Below the pieces are notes generated by a model. The model was not told where the DNA came from. It was given only the letters and a program-made list of their open reading frames with translations, and did not search any database. This document shows, one piece after another, positions 8,749 to 18,518 of a stretch of DNA of 64,000 bases (position 1 is its first letter; each line of letters opens with the position of its first letter). Made by a program: the position numbers and the translations under genes. This stretch comes from Candidatus Gastranaerophilales bacterium. Its GTDB lineage: Bacteria; Cyanobacteriota; Vampirovibrionia; Gastranaerophilales; Gastranaerophilaceae. The DNA lies in contig CALUYE010000007.1 of the NCBI GenBank assembly GCA_944324945.1, positions 2,501 to 66,500 of the forward strand, in the 5' to 3' direction.

Positions 8749-10179
8749 ATGAATTCAAAATTTTTTAAAAGAACAAAAATCGTAGCAACGATTGGTCCTG
8801 CGGTAGATTCACCCGAAGGCATACAATCGTTAATTGATGCAGGTGTTAATATTTTCAGATTAAACACATCGCACGGTACTATGGAAGACCATTTAGAAAA
8901 ATTTAAAACAATAAGAAGCGTTTGCGAAAAAAATGACTCTTATTGCGCAATTATGATAGACCTTCAAGGCCCTAAAATCAGGGTTGGAAATCTTGATAGC
9001 GAAATTAATTTAAATAACGGCGATAAGGTAATTTTTGCCCATAACGCCAAACAAAATGAAGGCATAATTCCTGTTGATTATGAAGGAATTGCATCCGATG
9101 TTGAAAAAGGAAGCAGAATTTTACTTGATGACGGTAAAATTCAAGCCGTTGTTGATGAAGTAAAAGATAATAAAGTTTTTGCAACAATTACAAACGGCGG
9201 TATTTTAAAATCAAGAAAAGGTTTGAATATCCCCGGTTCAACAAACAGTCTTGATGCAGTTACAAAAAAAGACATAGAATATATCAAATTTGCTGTTGAA
9301 AATAAAGCCGATTATATTGCTCTTTCTTTTGTAAGACAAAAAGAAGACGTTTTACTTGCAAAAAAATATATAAATGATTTCGGTGCAGATATTCCCGTTA
9401 TTGCAAAAATGGAAAAACCGCAGGCAATTGAAAATATTGAAAGTATAGTATCTGTTGCAGACTGCGTTATGGTTGCAAGAGGAGATTTAGGGATTGAACT
9501 TTCTCCTGTCGAAGTTCCGATTTGCCAGAAAAAAATAATTGAAGAATGTAACAAACAAAAGAAACCCGTAATTGTTGCAACGCAAATGCTTGAATCAATG
9601 ATAGAAGAACCGATTCCAACCAGAGCCGAAAGCTCCGATGTTGCAAATGCAATATTGGATGGAGCGGATGCGGTTATGTTGAGTGCCGAAACCTCGGTAG
9701 GCAAATTTGCAATAAAAGCGGTTGAAACAATGACGCAAATTGCACACACCGTTGAAAACAGTAAGTTTTACAGGTTTGATAACGATTTTAAAATTTCCGA
9801 AGAAATGGCGCTTACAAGACAGGCTGTTGCTTTCGGTGCGGATAAAATGCTTAAATATGTTAATGCTAAAGCACTTTTAACATTTTCTCATTTCGGGTAT
9901 TCAACGCGTCTTGTTTCAAAACTAAAACCTTCAGTACCTATTATCCTTGTATCGGATAATAAACAAACCTGCAGAAAAATGGCACTATACTGGGGTGTTT
10001 TCCCACATTATAAAATGTGGGATGATGTTTTGGATCAAAAGTTATTAATTAATATAGACAACTTTTTAATTAACGAAGTAAACCTTAAAAAAGGAGACTA
10101 CGTTATTATCACAGGCTCTGCCCCGAAATTAATCTCGGGACGTACAAACTTTATAAGAGTTCACAGGATAGGAACCTAA
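8749..10179 (+). CDS. pyk: Pyruvate kinase
   Basis: MNSKFFKRTKIVATIGPA..., NIFRLNTSHG, MVARGDLGIE. I prefer the ATG at 8749 over the track's TTG at 8725. Confidence 0.95.
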   Translation: MNSKFFKRTKIVATIGPAVDSPEGIQSLIDAGVNIFRLNTSHGTMEDHLEKFKTIRSVCEKNDSYCAIMIDLQGPKIRVGNLDSEINLNNGDKVIFAHNAKQNEGIIPVDYEGIASDVEKGSRILLDDGKIQAVVDEVKDNKVFATITNGGILKSRKGLNIPGSTNSLDAVTKKDIEYIKFAVENKADYIALSFVRQKEDVLLAKKYINDFGADIPVIAKMEKPQAIENIESIVSVADCVMVARGDLGIELSPVEVPICQKKIIEECNKQKKPVIVATQMLESMIEEPIPTRAESSDVANAILDGADAVMLSAETSVGKFAIKAVETMTQIAHTVENSKFYRFDNDFKISEEMALTRQAVAFGADKMLKYVNAKALLTFSHFGYSTRLVSKLKPSVPIILVSDNKQTCRKMALYWGVFPHYKMWDDVLDQKLLINIDNFLINEVNLKKGDYVIITGSAPKLISGRTNFIRVHRIGT

Positions 10180-10191
10180 AATTAAGGTTCC
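10170..10191. terminator. Hairpin spanning the two convergent stop codons of pyk and the DUF475 gene
   Basis: AGGAACC-taaaatta-GGTTCCT, followed by ttctgtttt. The genes are separated by only 2 nt. Confidence 0.45.
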
Positions 10192-11219
10192 TTTCTGTTT
10201 TCTCTGATTGAAGTAATATAGGCAATAACAATGAACACAAGTCCGATAAAGCCTGTTATTATTTCGCTTACCTCATGAAGTGCTGAAATAAACATAATCA
10301 TAGCAAGTGCCCCGATTGCCCAGTGTGCGCCATGTTCTAAATATCTGTATTGTTTTAGGGTCTTTTTTTCAACCAGCATAATTGTTAAAGACCTTACAAA
10401 CATAGCGCCTATTGATAAGCCTATTGTAATAATTAAAATGTCTTTGCTTAGCGCGAATGCTCCCAATACACCGTCAAGAGAAAAAGAAGCATCTATTAAT
10501 TCAAGATATAAAAAGTTTATAAAGCAGGAGTTTTTTAAACTAAAGCCCCCACCTTTAGTACAGCCTTCGACTTTATGATTTTCAAGCATGTGGCTAAAGC
10601 CGTCAACAAGAAGATATATTATAACACCCCAGATTCCTGCAGTTATTATTTCATGTTTATCCGCAGCAGGTGCAAAATGCTGCGTTATATATATTAAAAT
10701 TAAAGTTATTGTAATTCCGATGCTTTTAAAATGCCCGAGTGCTGCCATTTTTGATTCAAGAGGTTTTATCCAGTGGACTTCTTTAGCATGGTTAAAAAAG
10801 TAAGAAAAAAACAGCATTATTAAAAACGCACCGCCAAAAGTTATAATAGGAGGATGTGATACATGAAGATAATGTGCATACTGTTCAGGGTTTTTAAGAG
10901 CCATGTTTACAACTTCAAATAAGCCTACTTTTGCAAAAATTGCAACAATTAAAACAGGGAATAAAAATCTCATCCCGAAAACCGCAATCCAAATACCCCA
11001 GGTTAAGAACCTATGCTGCCATTTAGGAGACATTCTTTCAAGTCTTGATGCGTTAATTACGGCATTATCAAAAGATAAGCTGATTTCTAATATACTTAAT
11101 ACCAAAACAACAAAAAGTGCTCCTAATTCGGCACCTTGATGCGAATAGTGCGTCCAAAAATAAGCAGCTAAAAGACCGCAGGCGGTAAAAATATATGAAC
11201 CCGTAAAATATTTAAGCAT
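10182..11219 (-). CDS. DUF475 / TerC-like integral membrane protein
   Basis: EISLSFDNAVINA and DASFSLDGVLGAFA motifs with many TM helices. Start moved to the ATG at 11219 (AGGAG 5 nt upstream) instead of the track's TTG at 11243. Confidence 0.75.
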   Translation of the reverse strand: MLKYFTGSYIFTACGLLAAYFWTHYSHQGAELGALFVVLVLSILEISLSFDNAVINASRLERMSPKWQHRFLTWGIWIAVFGMRFLFPVLIVAIFAKVGLFEVVNMALKNPEQYAHYLHVSHPPIITFGGAFLIMLFFSYFFNHAKEVHWIKPLESKMAALGHFKSIGITITLILIYITQHFAPAADKHEIITAGIWGVIIYLLVDGFSHMLENHKVEGCTKGGGFSLKNSCFINFLYLELIDASFSLDGVLGAFALSKDILIITIGLSIGAMFVRSLTIMLVEKKTLKQYRYLEHGAHWAIGALAMIMFISALHEVSEIITGFIGLVFIVIAYITSIRENRKEP

Positions 11220-11292
11220 AAAAACTCCTGTGTGTATAATCAAATATAGTTTTATCAGAAAATTAAAATTTTATAAATACGCCAAATATACG

Positions 11293-12909
11293 CTATTTTT
11301 TAACCATTGCTTTATTGCTTGCAATAATTTTATAAAGTTCAATTCCGCCCGATAGGGAATAAACATTGTTATAGCCAAACGAAGCTAAAATCCTTAATGC
11401 AACATAGCTTGTATATCCGCTGTTACAAAACAGAACAACTTTTTGATTTTTTGGTACTTCGTTTAATCTTTTTCTTAATTCAAAAACGGGAATATTATGA
11501 GCATTTTCAATGGTTTCTTTTTTATAGACTTCAAAAGACCTTACATCGATTAAATATGATGTTTTTAAATCTTCATAATATGCCGGTTTTATTAACCCTT
11601 TTATAATATTATCCGCGCACATTCCAAGAATATTTACGGCGTCTTTAGCTGAAGAATAAGAAGGAGCATAACATAATTCGCAATCGAGCATTTCTTGAAC
11701 GGTTCCATGGTTTCTTATGATTGCGCTTATTGTGTCTATTCTTTTTTCAACGCCCTCAAAACCTGCTGCCTGAGCGCCAAAAATCTTACCTTCATTGTTA
11801 AAGAGTAATTTATAAAGCGTCGGTTTAGCATTGGGGTAATAAGAAGCATGGGATGGAGAAAATATATAAGTTTTCCAAAATGGAATATTATCTTTAACTA
11901 ACTGTTTTTCGTTTTTCCCGACATTTGCAATGGTTAAATCAAATATTTTAATGACTGATGCAGCTTGAGTGTTTTTATAGGTAGAATTATACCCGCATAT
12001 ATTATCCGCGACAATTCTCCCTTGCCTGTTTGCAGGGCCTGCAAGAGGGATAAGAGTGTTTTTGCCGAAGATAAAATCTTTTGTTTCAACACTGTCGCCT
12101 GCAGCGAATATATCAGGATCGTTTGTTTGCATAAATTCGTTTGTTTTTATCCCGAAATCAACTTCAAGACCTGCTTTTTTGGCAATTTCAACAGAAGGAA
12201 TTATACCTGAAGCCGAAACTATGATATCCGCTTTTATTTGTTTTTTGGATTTTAGAAAAACCGTGTTATTTTCATATTTTTCAATTAAATCGTTTAAAAT
12301 AATTTCTATATTGTTAGCTTGCATTTTATTTTTCGCAAGAAGCGCAATTTCTTCATCAACCTGAGATAAAATTTGATTTTTGGCCTCAATAAGAGTTACT
12401 TTAAGGTTCATTTTTTGAAGATTTTCCGCCATTTCAATTCCGATAAAACCGCCCCCTATAACAAGAGCCGTTTTGCAATTGTTATTTTTTATAAATTCTT
12501 TAATTTTATCCGCATCCGCTAATGTCCTTAGGGAAAAAAGAGGAGAATTTTTGGAATTTTCAAAGTTGATTAAAGCAGGCTGTGCGCCCAAAGCCAAAAC
12601 AAGTTTATCGTAGTTTATTGTTTTTTCGTTTTTTAGTTTTATAAATTTTTTGTCTCTATGTATTTCCGTTACTTCGCAATTAAATTCTACATCAATATTA
12701 AACCAATTTTTAAATTTTTGAGCGCTTGAAACAAACATATTTTCTCTGCTATCTATAACATCTGAAATATAATAGGGCAAACCGCAGCTTGCAATTGAAA
12801 TTTCGTTTGTTTTTTCTAAAATTAAAATTTCAATATCTTCCCTCAATCTTCTCAAACGCGCGGCACAACTTGCTCCTGCGGCTCCTGCTCCTATGATTAC
12901 AACTTTCAT
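11293..12909 (-). CDS. CoA-disulfide reductase-like FAD/NAD(P) oxidoreductase fused to a C-terminal rhodanese domain
   Basis: MKVVIIGAGAAGASCAARL (FAD GxGxxG), redox Cys in SIASCGLPYYI, second dinucleotide site VIGGGFIGIE, and a C-terminal rhodanese loop VVLFCNSGYTS. Confidence 0.85.
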   Translation of the reverse strand: MKVVIIGAGAAGASCAARLRRLREDIEILILEKTNEISIASCGLPYYISDVIDSRENMFVSSAQKFKNWFNIDVEFNCEVTEIHRDKKFIKLKNEKTINYDKLVLALGAQPALINFENSKNSPLFSLRTLADADKIKEFIKNNNCKTALVIGGGFIGIEMAENLQKMNLKVTLIEAKNQILSQVDEEIALLAKNKMQANNIEIILNDLIEKYENNTVFLKSKKQIKADIIVSASGIIPSVEIAKKAGLEVDFGIKTNEFMQTNDPDIFAAGDSVETKDFIFGKNTLIPLAGPANRQGRIVADNICGYNSTYKNTQAASVIKIFDLTIANVGKNEKQLVKDNIPFWKTYIFSPSHASYYPNAKPTLYKLLFNNEGKIFGAQAAGFEGVEKRIDTISAIIRNHGTVQEMLDCELCYAPSYSSAKDAVNILGMCADNIIKGLIKPAYYEDLKTSYLIDVRSFEVYKKETIENAHNIPVFELRKRLNEVPKNQKVVLFCNSGYTSYVALRILASFGYNNVYSLSGGIELYKIIASNKAMVKK

Positions 12910-12922
12910 TATAAACTCCTTT

Positions 12923-13678
12923 TTACATTTTATTGTAATCTTTAAATTCAGATTTGGTCAATAAGCAATACATTCTATAAATATTGTTATCGTATAAAGG
13001 CGCAATTTCAGGATAAATATTTTTAAAATCGGAAATTGAAATTTTATCTATGGATTTATCTGAAGGACTTGTTTTTGTAACTGTCAAAAGAATACCGTCA
13101 TTCAATTTTTCTCTGTATTTTTTAGAATAATAAAGCCAGTCTTTATAAGCTTTTTTTGTTTCAAAAATATCCGTTTCTTCATCTATTAAATTATTTTCAA
13201 TTAAAACTTGAGCGTTTTTTATTGCCATTCCTTTATACAAAGAGGCAAATTTTTCAAGAGCGCTATCGGGCAACGTTCTTTCTAATTCATCATACATACT
13301 GAGAATTAAATACCTTGCGCAAATATATTTTGAATAAGAAATTTCATCGTGTTTTTTATCATACACAAGAGAAAATAAAATATCCGTTTCATCAGGGAAG
13401 ATACTTCCCGTTTCACTAAATAAAGAAGCAAGCATCATTACTCTTGAAAGATTAATTTTACCATCCTTTGTTTTGGAATATTTTTCTGTCATATTCTTTG
13501 CTTCATATTCACTTAAAGGATAGCCCATATTGTTTTTGAAAATATCTTTTGCTTTTTCCTTGTCTGATTTTTTAAATTCATCGCCCGAAAAAGAAAGAGA
13601 GAAATTATTTTTTATTTCGGTTTTTTTATTAATTTTATTTAAAGGTTGAATCCCGTGATTTATATTATTTACTTTCAT
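12923..13678 (-). CDS. Hypothetical protein (251 aa), no recognisable domain
   Basis: Long ORF on the same strand, between folC and the CoADR gene. No motif recognised. Confidence 0.55.
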   Translation of the reverse strand: MKVNNINHGIQPLNKINKKTEIKNNFSLSFSGDEFKKSDKEKAKDIFKNNMGYPLSEYEAKNMTEKYSKTKDGKINLSRVMMLASLFSETGSIFPDETDILFSLVYDKKHDEISYSKYICARYLILSMYDELERTLPDSALEKFASLYKGMAIKNAQVLIENNLIDEETDIFETKKAYKDWLYYSKKYREKLNDGILLTVTKTSPSDKSIDKISISDFKNIYPEIAPLYDNNIYRMYCLLTKSEFKDYNKM

Positions 13679-13711
13679 ATAAATAAAAAAACCCTGAAAA
13701 ATATTTCTTGC

Positions 13712-14926
13712 TTATAATAACCCTTCAATTCCCAACTGCCCTTCTAAATATAAAGAGCCGCAGACAACGCTTAAGGTTTTATTGTTTAAAATTTCAATAA
13801 GCTCATCTTTCGAATTTATTTTTTTTAATTTATTTTTGTATTCATCTTCTATTTCATCATACTTTAAAGAAGAAGGGTAGTTGAATTCAAGAAAATAAAA
13901 ATTTAAAACATTATTTACCCTAAACAATAAATCAAGCATTTTTTTATAATCTTTTGTTTTTAAGCAGCCAAAGATTATATTTTTTTTATCAATATAAAAT
14001 TCGTTTAAATGGTTAACAAGAACTCTTACTCCGCAAGGGTTATGCGCACCGTCCGTTAAAATATTTTTTTCTTTATTAAATTCAAGTCTGTATTTCCAGG
14101 AGACTTTTTTAAGTGCTTCTTTTATTTCATTATTTGTAATTTTTAAATTCAAATTTTTAATTGCACATATTGCAAGCGCTAAATTTTCATATTGATGAAT
14201 ACCTGATAAATTAAATTCGCAAATTTCACCGTTAATTAAGGGTTTATTATCTTTAGCATTTATTTTTTGAGCCTCAATTAATTCAGCGTTTTTAAGCGAA
14301 GCGACTTTTTTTATAACTTCAAAACCCGAGTTATTTTTACTTACTATAACTTTTGAATTTTCTTTAATTATTCCCGCTTTTTCAAGAGCGATTTTGTTAA
14401 TTGTATTACCTAATCTTTCCGTATGGTCAAAATCGATTGATGTTATTATTTCAAGCAAAGGATTTTTAATAACGTTTGTAGCATCGTACTTTCCCCCAAG
14501 CCCTACTTCTAAAATAACATAATCAACTTTCATTATATAAAAATAATAAAAAGCAACAGCCGTTAATAACTCAAATTCCGTTAAATCAATGTTGTTTTTG
14601 TATGCCATATTGTTGATATCGTTTATGAGCCTATTAAAAATATGGTCTTTGATATCAACATTGTTTATCTTGATTCTCTCGCAATATGAAAATAAATGAG
14701 GACTTGTATAGAGTCCTGTTTTTATGGAGGTATTTTTAAAATGTTCAATTAAAATTTCATTAATTATTTTACAGGTTGAACCTTTGCCGTTTGTGCCTGC
14801 CACGTGGATAATTTTATATTTATCCTGAGGATTACCTAAAAGCGCTAAGATTAATTTTATTCTTTTTAAACCTAAATTTATATGAAATTTTTCGCTGCTT
14901 TTTAAAATTTCAACCGCATTTTTCAT
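13712..14926 (-). CDS. folC: Folylpolyglutamate synthase / dihydrofolate synthase (Mur-ligase family)
   Basis: IIHVAGTNGKGST, YTSPHL..ERI, LEVGLGGKYDATN, DFDHTERLG..I..EKAGI, DGAHNP. Its start overlaps the murG stop (ATGA). Confidence 0.9.
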   Translation of the reverse strand: MKNAVEILKSSEKFHINLGLKRIKLILALLGNPQDKYKIIHVAGTNGKGSTCKIINEILIEHFKNTSIKTGLYTSPHLFSYCERIKINNVDIKDHIFNRLINDINNMAYKNNIDLTEFELLTAVAFYYFYIMKVDYVILEVGLGGKYDATNVIKNPLLEIITSIDFDHTERLGNTINKIALEKAGIIKENSKVIVSKNNSGFEVIKKVASLKNAELIEAQKINAKDNKPLINGEICEFNLSGIHQYENLALAICAIKNLNLKITNNEIKEALKKVSWKYRLEFNKEKNILTDGAHNPCGVRVLVNHLNEFYIDKKNIIFGCLKTKDYKKMLDLLFRVNNVLNFYFLEFNYPSSLKYDEIEDEYKNKLKKINSKDELIEILNNKTLSVVCGSLYLEGQLGIEGLL

Positions 14927-16044
14927 TTAGCTGCCTTGATTAATAATTCTAAAATGTCATTTGTTGCGTTTAATTTTGCGTTTTTATACGCATTATAGGA
15001 TAAATTAGATAATAATTCTTTATCGTTAATTAAATTATCAAGTAAATTAAACAAAGTTTCGCTGTTACAGTTTTTATCTTCAAGCATTAGTGCAATTTTA
15101 GAGTCTACAAGGTTTTTAGCGTTTTTGTATTGATGATTTTGGCTTGCATAAGGATAAGGAATTAAAATTGAAGGCAGAGAACTTGCGCATATTTCGGAAA
15201 TGCTTAAAGAACCCGCTCTTGAAATTGCAACATCTGCCGATAATAAAACAAGATACATCTTATCAAAATAAGGCTGCAAAAGTAAATTATCTGGTAATTC
15301 CTTGAATTCATGGAGTACATTATTTACAACATCGTCAAAATTCTTTTTTCCTGTCTGCCAGATTATTTTATAGCCTTCTTTGTTTGCATATTCTTTTAAT
15401 ATTTTAAGACTTGAATCGTTAATTTTTTTAGCACCCAAGGACCCGCCCATAATTAAAATCGTAAAATCGTCCCCTAAAGACATTTCAACTCTTGCCTGTT
15501 TTTTGGATATTGTTTTAAATTCTGCTCTTATAGGGTTTCCCGTTATATAAATATTTTTTGATTTTATAAATTTTTCAGCTCCTTCAAAAGCAAGAGTTAC
15601 GGCTTTTGCAAAAGGAGCAAAAAATTTTGTTACAATCCCCGGTTGTATATCGCAATCATGAAGAACATAGGGGATTCTCAAAAACAACGCGCAAAATAGT
15701 ATCGGCGCACACACATAGCCCCCTGTTGCAAATACAGTGTTTGGTTTATGTTTAATTACATAACCAAGAGCCATTATTGTTGATAAAAACAAATTTAAAA
15801 GCCAGAAGAAAAACTCAAAGCTTATTTTTCTCGGCATTCCTTTAACATTGTAAGATAAGAAATTGTATTCGTTTTTTTTAGAAATTTCATATTCGAGATT
15901 TTTTTTGTTGCCCAGATAAAAAATGTTATTTTTTTCAACTCCCGATTTAATTAAAGCATCAATCATTGAAACAGCGGGATAAATATGCCCTCCTGTTCCT
16001 CCGCCTGCTATAAAATATACCGGTTTTTTATTTTTATTAAACAT
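14923..16044 (-). CDS. murG: UDP-GlcNAc:lipid I N-acetylglucosaminyltransferase
   Basis: FIAGGGTGGHIYPA and GGSLGA motifs, in dcw context. Confidence 0.95.
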   Translation of the reverse strand: MFNKNKKPVYFIAGGGTGGHIYPAVSMIDALIKSGVEKNNIFYLGNKKNLEYEISKKNEYNFLSYNVKGMPRKISFEFFFWLLNLFLSTIMALGYVIKHKPNTVFATGGYVCAPILFCALFLRIPYVLHDCDIQPGIVTKFFAPFAKAVTLAFEGAEKFIKSKNIYITGNPIRAEFKTISKKQARVEMSLGDDFTILIMGGSLGAKKINDSSLKILKEYANKEGYKIIWQTGKKNFDDVVNNVLHEFKELPDNLLLQPYFDKMYLVLLSADVAISRAGSLSISEICASSLPSILIPYPYASQNHQYKNAKNLVDSKIALMLEDKNCNSETLFNLLDNLINDKELLSNLSYNAYKNAKLNATNDILELLIKAAK

Positions 16045-17182
16045 AATGAACTATCCTTTGAATTCTTTTCTTTGAAATGTTAATTAAAACACCAATCATA
16101 CATAAAGAAACAAATAAACTTGAGCCTCCGTAGCTGACAAAAGGCAAAGGAATACCCGTTGCGGGTACAAAAGAACTTGCAACAGACATGTTTGTAAAAG
16201 CTTGAAAACAAATTGAAAAAGTTATCCCGACGGCAAGAATTTTGCCAAACATATCGGGACATTTTTTTGCAATTATAAAACCTCGGTGTAATAAAACTCC
16301 AAATAAGCACAAAAGAAAAAAGCACCCTAAAAATCCGAATTCTTCACCAATTACGGCAAAAATAAAATCCGTGTGCCCTTCGGGAAGCCAGAATAATTTT
16401 TGCTTTGAATTACCGAAACCAACCCCGAAAAATCCTCCCGATGAAAAAGCAACCATGGATTGAATTATGTTATAGCCTGCCCCTAAAGCATCAGAAAAAG
16501 GATTCCACCAGACTTTTATGCGCTGCAATTGATAATCGCGAATTGTTGTTGCAACTCCTAAAGCTCCTGCCCCGAAAAGCAGGGCGATTATTTTAGAAGA
16601 CCCGCCCGCAACATAATACATTCCTATTGATGTTACAAGCAAAAGAATTATCATTGAAAGGTTGGGCTGCTTGTAAATCAACAAAAGCATTATCGCAAAA
16701 AGCAAATAAAAAGGATATTTCCTTGAATCCAGTATTGTGCAGTTTTTTGAAAATAATGTAGCAAAATATAATACCAGCGCAGGTTTTGCGATTTCTGAAG
16801 GCTGAAATTGCAAAGGCCCTATAACAAGCCATCTTTTAGCTTCGTTAACCGTAACGCCCAATGGCGAAAACTGTACAAGCGCAAGCATAATAACAACAAA
16901 AAGCGCTAGGATTCCCGCAAAAGACTTTAATTTTCTGTAATCAAATTTTGAAAAAAACCAAGCGCCCATGGCTCCTGCCATAAGCCAGATGGTCTGCTTT
17001 AAAGTAAAGCTGAACGGATTTTCTCCAAGACTTATTGCTTTTGGAGCGGATGCCGAAAACACAGCCATCAAACCAAACACAACAATAAACACGACAACCA
17101 CAATTAAAATATTATCTGCAGGCGCTTGAGTGAATGTTGAGTTTGTATGAGATAATTGTGTTTTATTTTTTTGATAATACAT
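16037..17182 (-). CDS. ftsW: SEDS-family peptidoglycan glycosyltransferase FtsW
   Basis: Polytopic membrane protein with PSEIAKP, EGHTDFIF and LPFVSYGGSS. Start set to ATG 17182 (MYYQKNK...), overlapping the murD stop. The track's extension to 17263 lies inside murD. Confidence 0.9.
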   Translation of the reverse strand: MYYQKNKTQLSHTNSTFTQAPADNILIVVVVFIVVFGLMAVFSASAPKAISLGENPFSFTLKQTIWLMAGAMGAWFFSKFDYRKLKSFAGILALFVVIMLALVQFSPLGVTVNEAKRWLVIGPLQFQPSEIAKPALVLYFATLFSKNCTILDSRKYPFYLLFAIMLLLIYKQPNLSMIILLLVTSIGMYYVAGGSSKIIALLFGAGALGVATTIRDYQLQRIKVWWNPFSDALGAGYNIIQSMVAFSSGGFFGVGFGNSKQKLFWLPEGHTDFIFAVIGEEFGFLGCFFLLCLFGVLLHRGFIIAKKCPDMFGKILAVGITFSICFQAFTNMSVASSFVPATGIPLPFVSYGGSSLFVSLCMIGVLINISKKRIQRIVHYV

Positions 17183-18515
17183 AATTTCTAAATGCATCCC
17201 CTCTTTTTTCGTAGCTGTCAAACATATCAAAGCTTGCACAGGCAGGAGACAATAAAACCACATCCGGCTTATCCAGGCTTGCTATGTCTATTGCTTCTTC
17301 AAGAGTTCTTGAATTTACCGTATTTAGGTATCCTTTTTTTGTTAATTCGTCTTTGAAACGCTTGGTTGCTTCTCCGATTAACACTACTTTTGAAATATTT
17401 TTCTTAACGGCTTCAACAAAATCGTCAAGAGACGTTTTTTTATCGCGTCCGCCTGCAATAAGCACTACTTTTTTGTTAGGGAAGGAATTAATTGCAACAA
17501 TACTTGCCTCAGGATTTGTTGCTTTTGAATCGTTATAGTATTGCGTTCCTTCAATTGATCTTATAAATTCAAGCCTGTGCTCGATTGCTCTAAATTTTCT
17601 TAAGGCATCTTTAATTGTTTCAATATCAATACCTGTTATTATTGCGCATAATATTGCGCACATTGCATTTTGAATATTGTGTTTTCCTACAATTTGAAGC
17701 TCATTTATGTTTATTATTTCTTCATTGTTAAAAATAATTTTATCATTATCTTGATATATGCAGTTTTCTATATCTTGCCTATAAGATGAGAAATAGTAAA
17801 CTTTTGCTTTTATTTCTTCGCCTAATTTTTTTGTGTATTTGTCATCGTAATTTAAAACGGCAAAAGAATTTTCATCCATGTTTCTAAACATATTTGCTTT
17901 TGCTTCGAAATAATTTTCCATGGATTTATGCCACAAAATATGATCAGGAGTCAAATTACAAAATACGCCGATTTTTGGAGCAAAACTTTTTGAATAATAC
18001 AATTGAAAAGAGCTTGCTTCAATTACATAATAATCAACATGTTTATCCATGTATTCCATGGGGCTTATACCTATATTGCCGCAGTACGGGGCATTATATT
18101 TTTTGGATAGAATATATGAAACAAGCGCTGTTGTTGTGGTTTTTCCGTTGGTTCCCGTAATTGCTATCATTTTTTCTCTGTCAAAAAACGAACAGTATTC
18201 AATGTCTGAAAAATAACTTATATTTCTTTCTTTTAATTTCTTTAAAATTTCAGCTTCAGGAGGGACCGACGGACTTAAGATTGCAAAGTTTACTTTATCT
18301 ATAAATTCTTCACTGTGTGCGCCGAATTCAAGCTTTATTCCTTTTGAAATTAAATCATTTGCAAGTTTTTGATTTTTAGGAGCAAGCTCGTTTTTTTCGC
18401 TTATATATACATCCATGCCTTTGTTGTGTAAATATTTAGCTGCGGCGATTCCCGTTGTTGAAAAGCCTACAATTAATACTTTTTTGCTTTTAATAGTGTA
18501 AATATCAGTATCCAT
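17163..18515 (-). CDS. murD: UDP-N-acetylmuramoylalanine--D-glutamate ligase
   Basis: VLIVGFSTTGIAAAKYL, ITGTNGKTTT, and C-terminal FD.F.SYE.RG..F. Confidence 0.95.
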   Translation of the reverse strand: MDTDIYTIKSKKVLIVGFSTTGIAAAKYLHNKGMDVYISEKNELAPKNQKLANDLISKGIKLEFGAHSEEFIDKVNFAILSPSVPPEAEILKKLKERNISYFSDIEYCSFFDREKMIAITGTNGKTTTTALVSYILSKKYNAPYCGNIGISPMEYMDKHVDYYVIEASSFQLYYSKSFAPKIGVFCNLTPDHILWHKSMENYFEAKANMFRNMDENSFAVLNYDDKYTKKLGEEIKAKVYYFSSYRQDIENCIYQDNDKIIFNNEEIININELQIVGKHNIQNAMCAILCAIITGIDIETIKDALRKFRAIEHRLEFIRSIEGTQYYNDSKATNPEASIVAINSFPNKKVVLIAGGRDKKTSLDDFVEAVKKNISKVVLIGEATKRFKDELTKKGYLNTVNSRTLEEAIDIASLDKPDVVLLSPACASFDMFDSYEKRGDAFRNYVLSKK

Positions 18516-18518
18516 AAT

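Noticed and set aside
9312-9749. 145-aa ORF (and 9005-9187, 9467-9652) antisense within pyk
   Set aside because: The pyruvate kinase frame is unambiguous, so the antisense frames are chance open frames.
11965-12364. 81-aa and 102-aa ORFs antisense within the CoADR-rhodanese gene
   Set aside because: No motifs, and they overlap a strongly supported gene.
16080-16832. Several 60-80-aa ORFs on both strands inside ftsW
   Set aside because: They fall within a polytopic SEDS-protein gene with conserved motifs, and their composition is consistent with off-frame translation.
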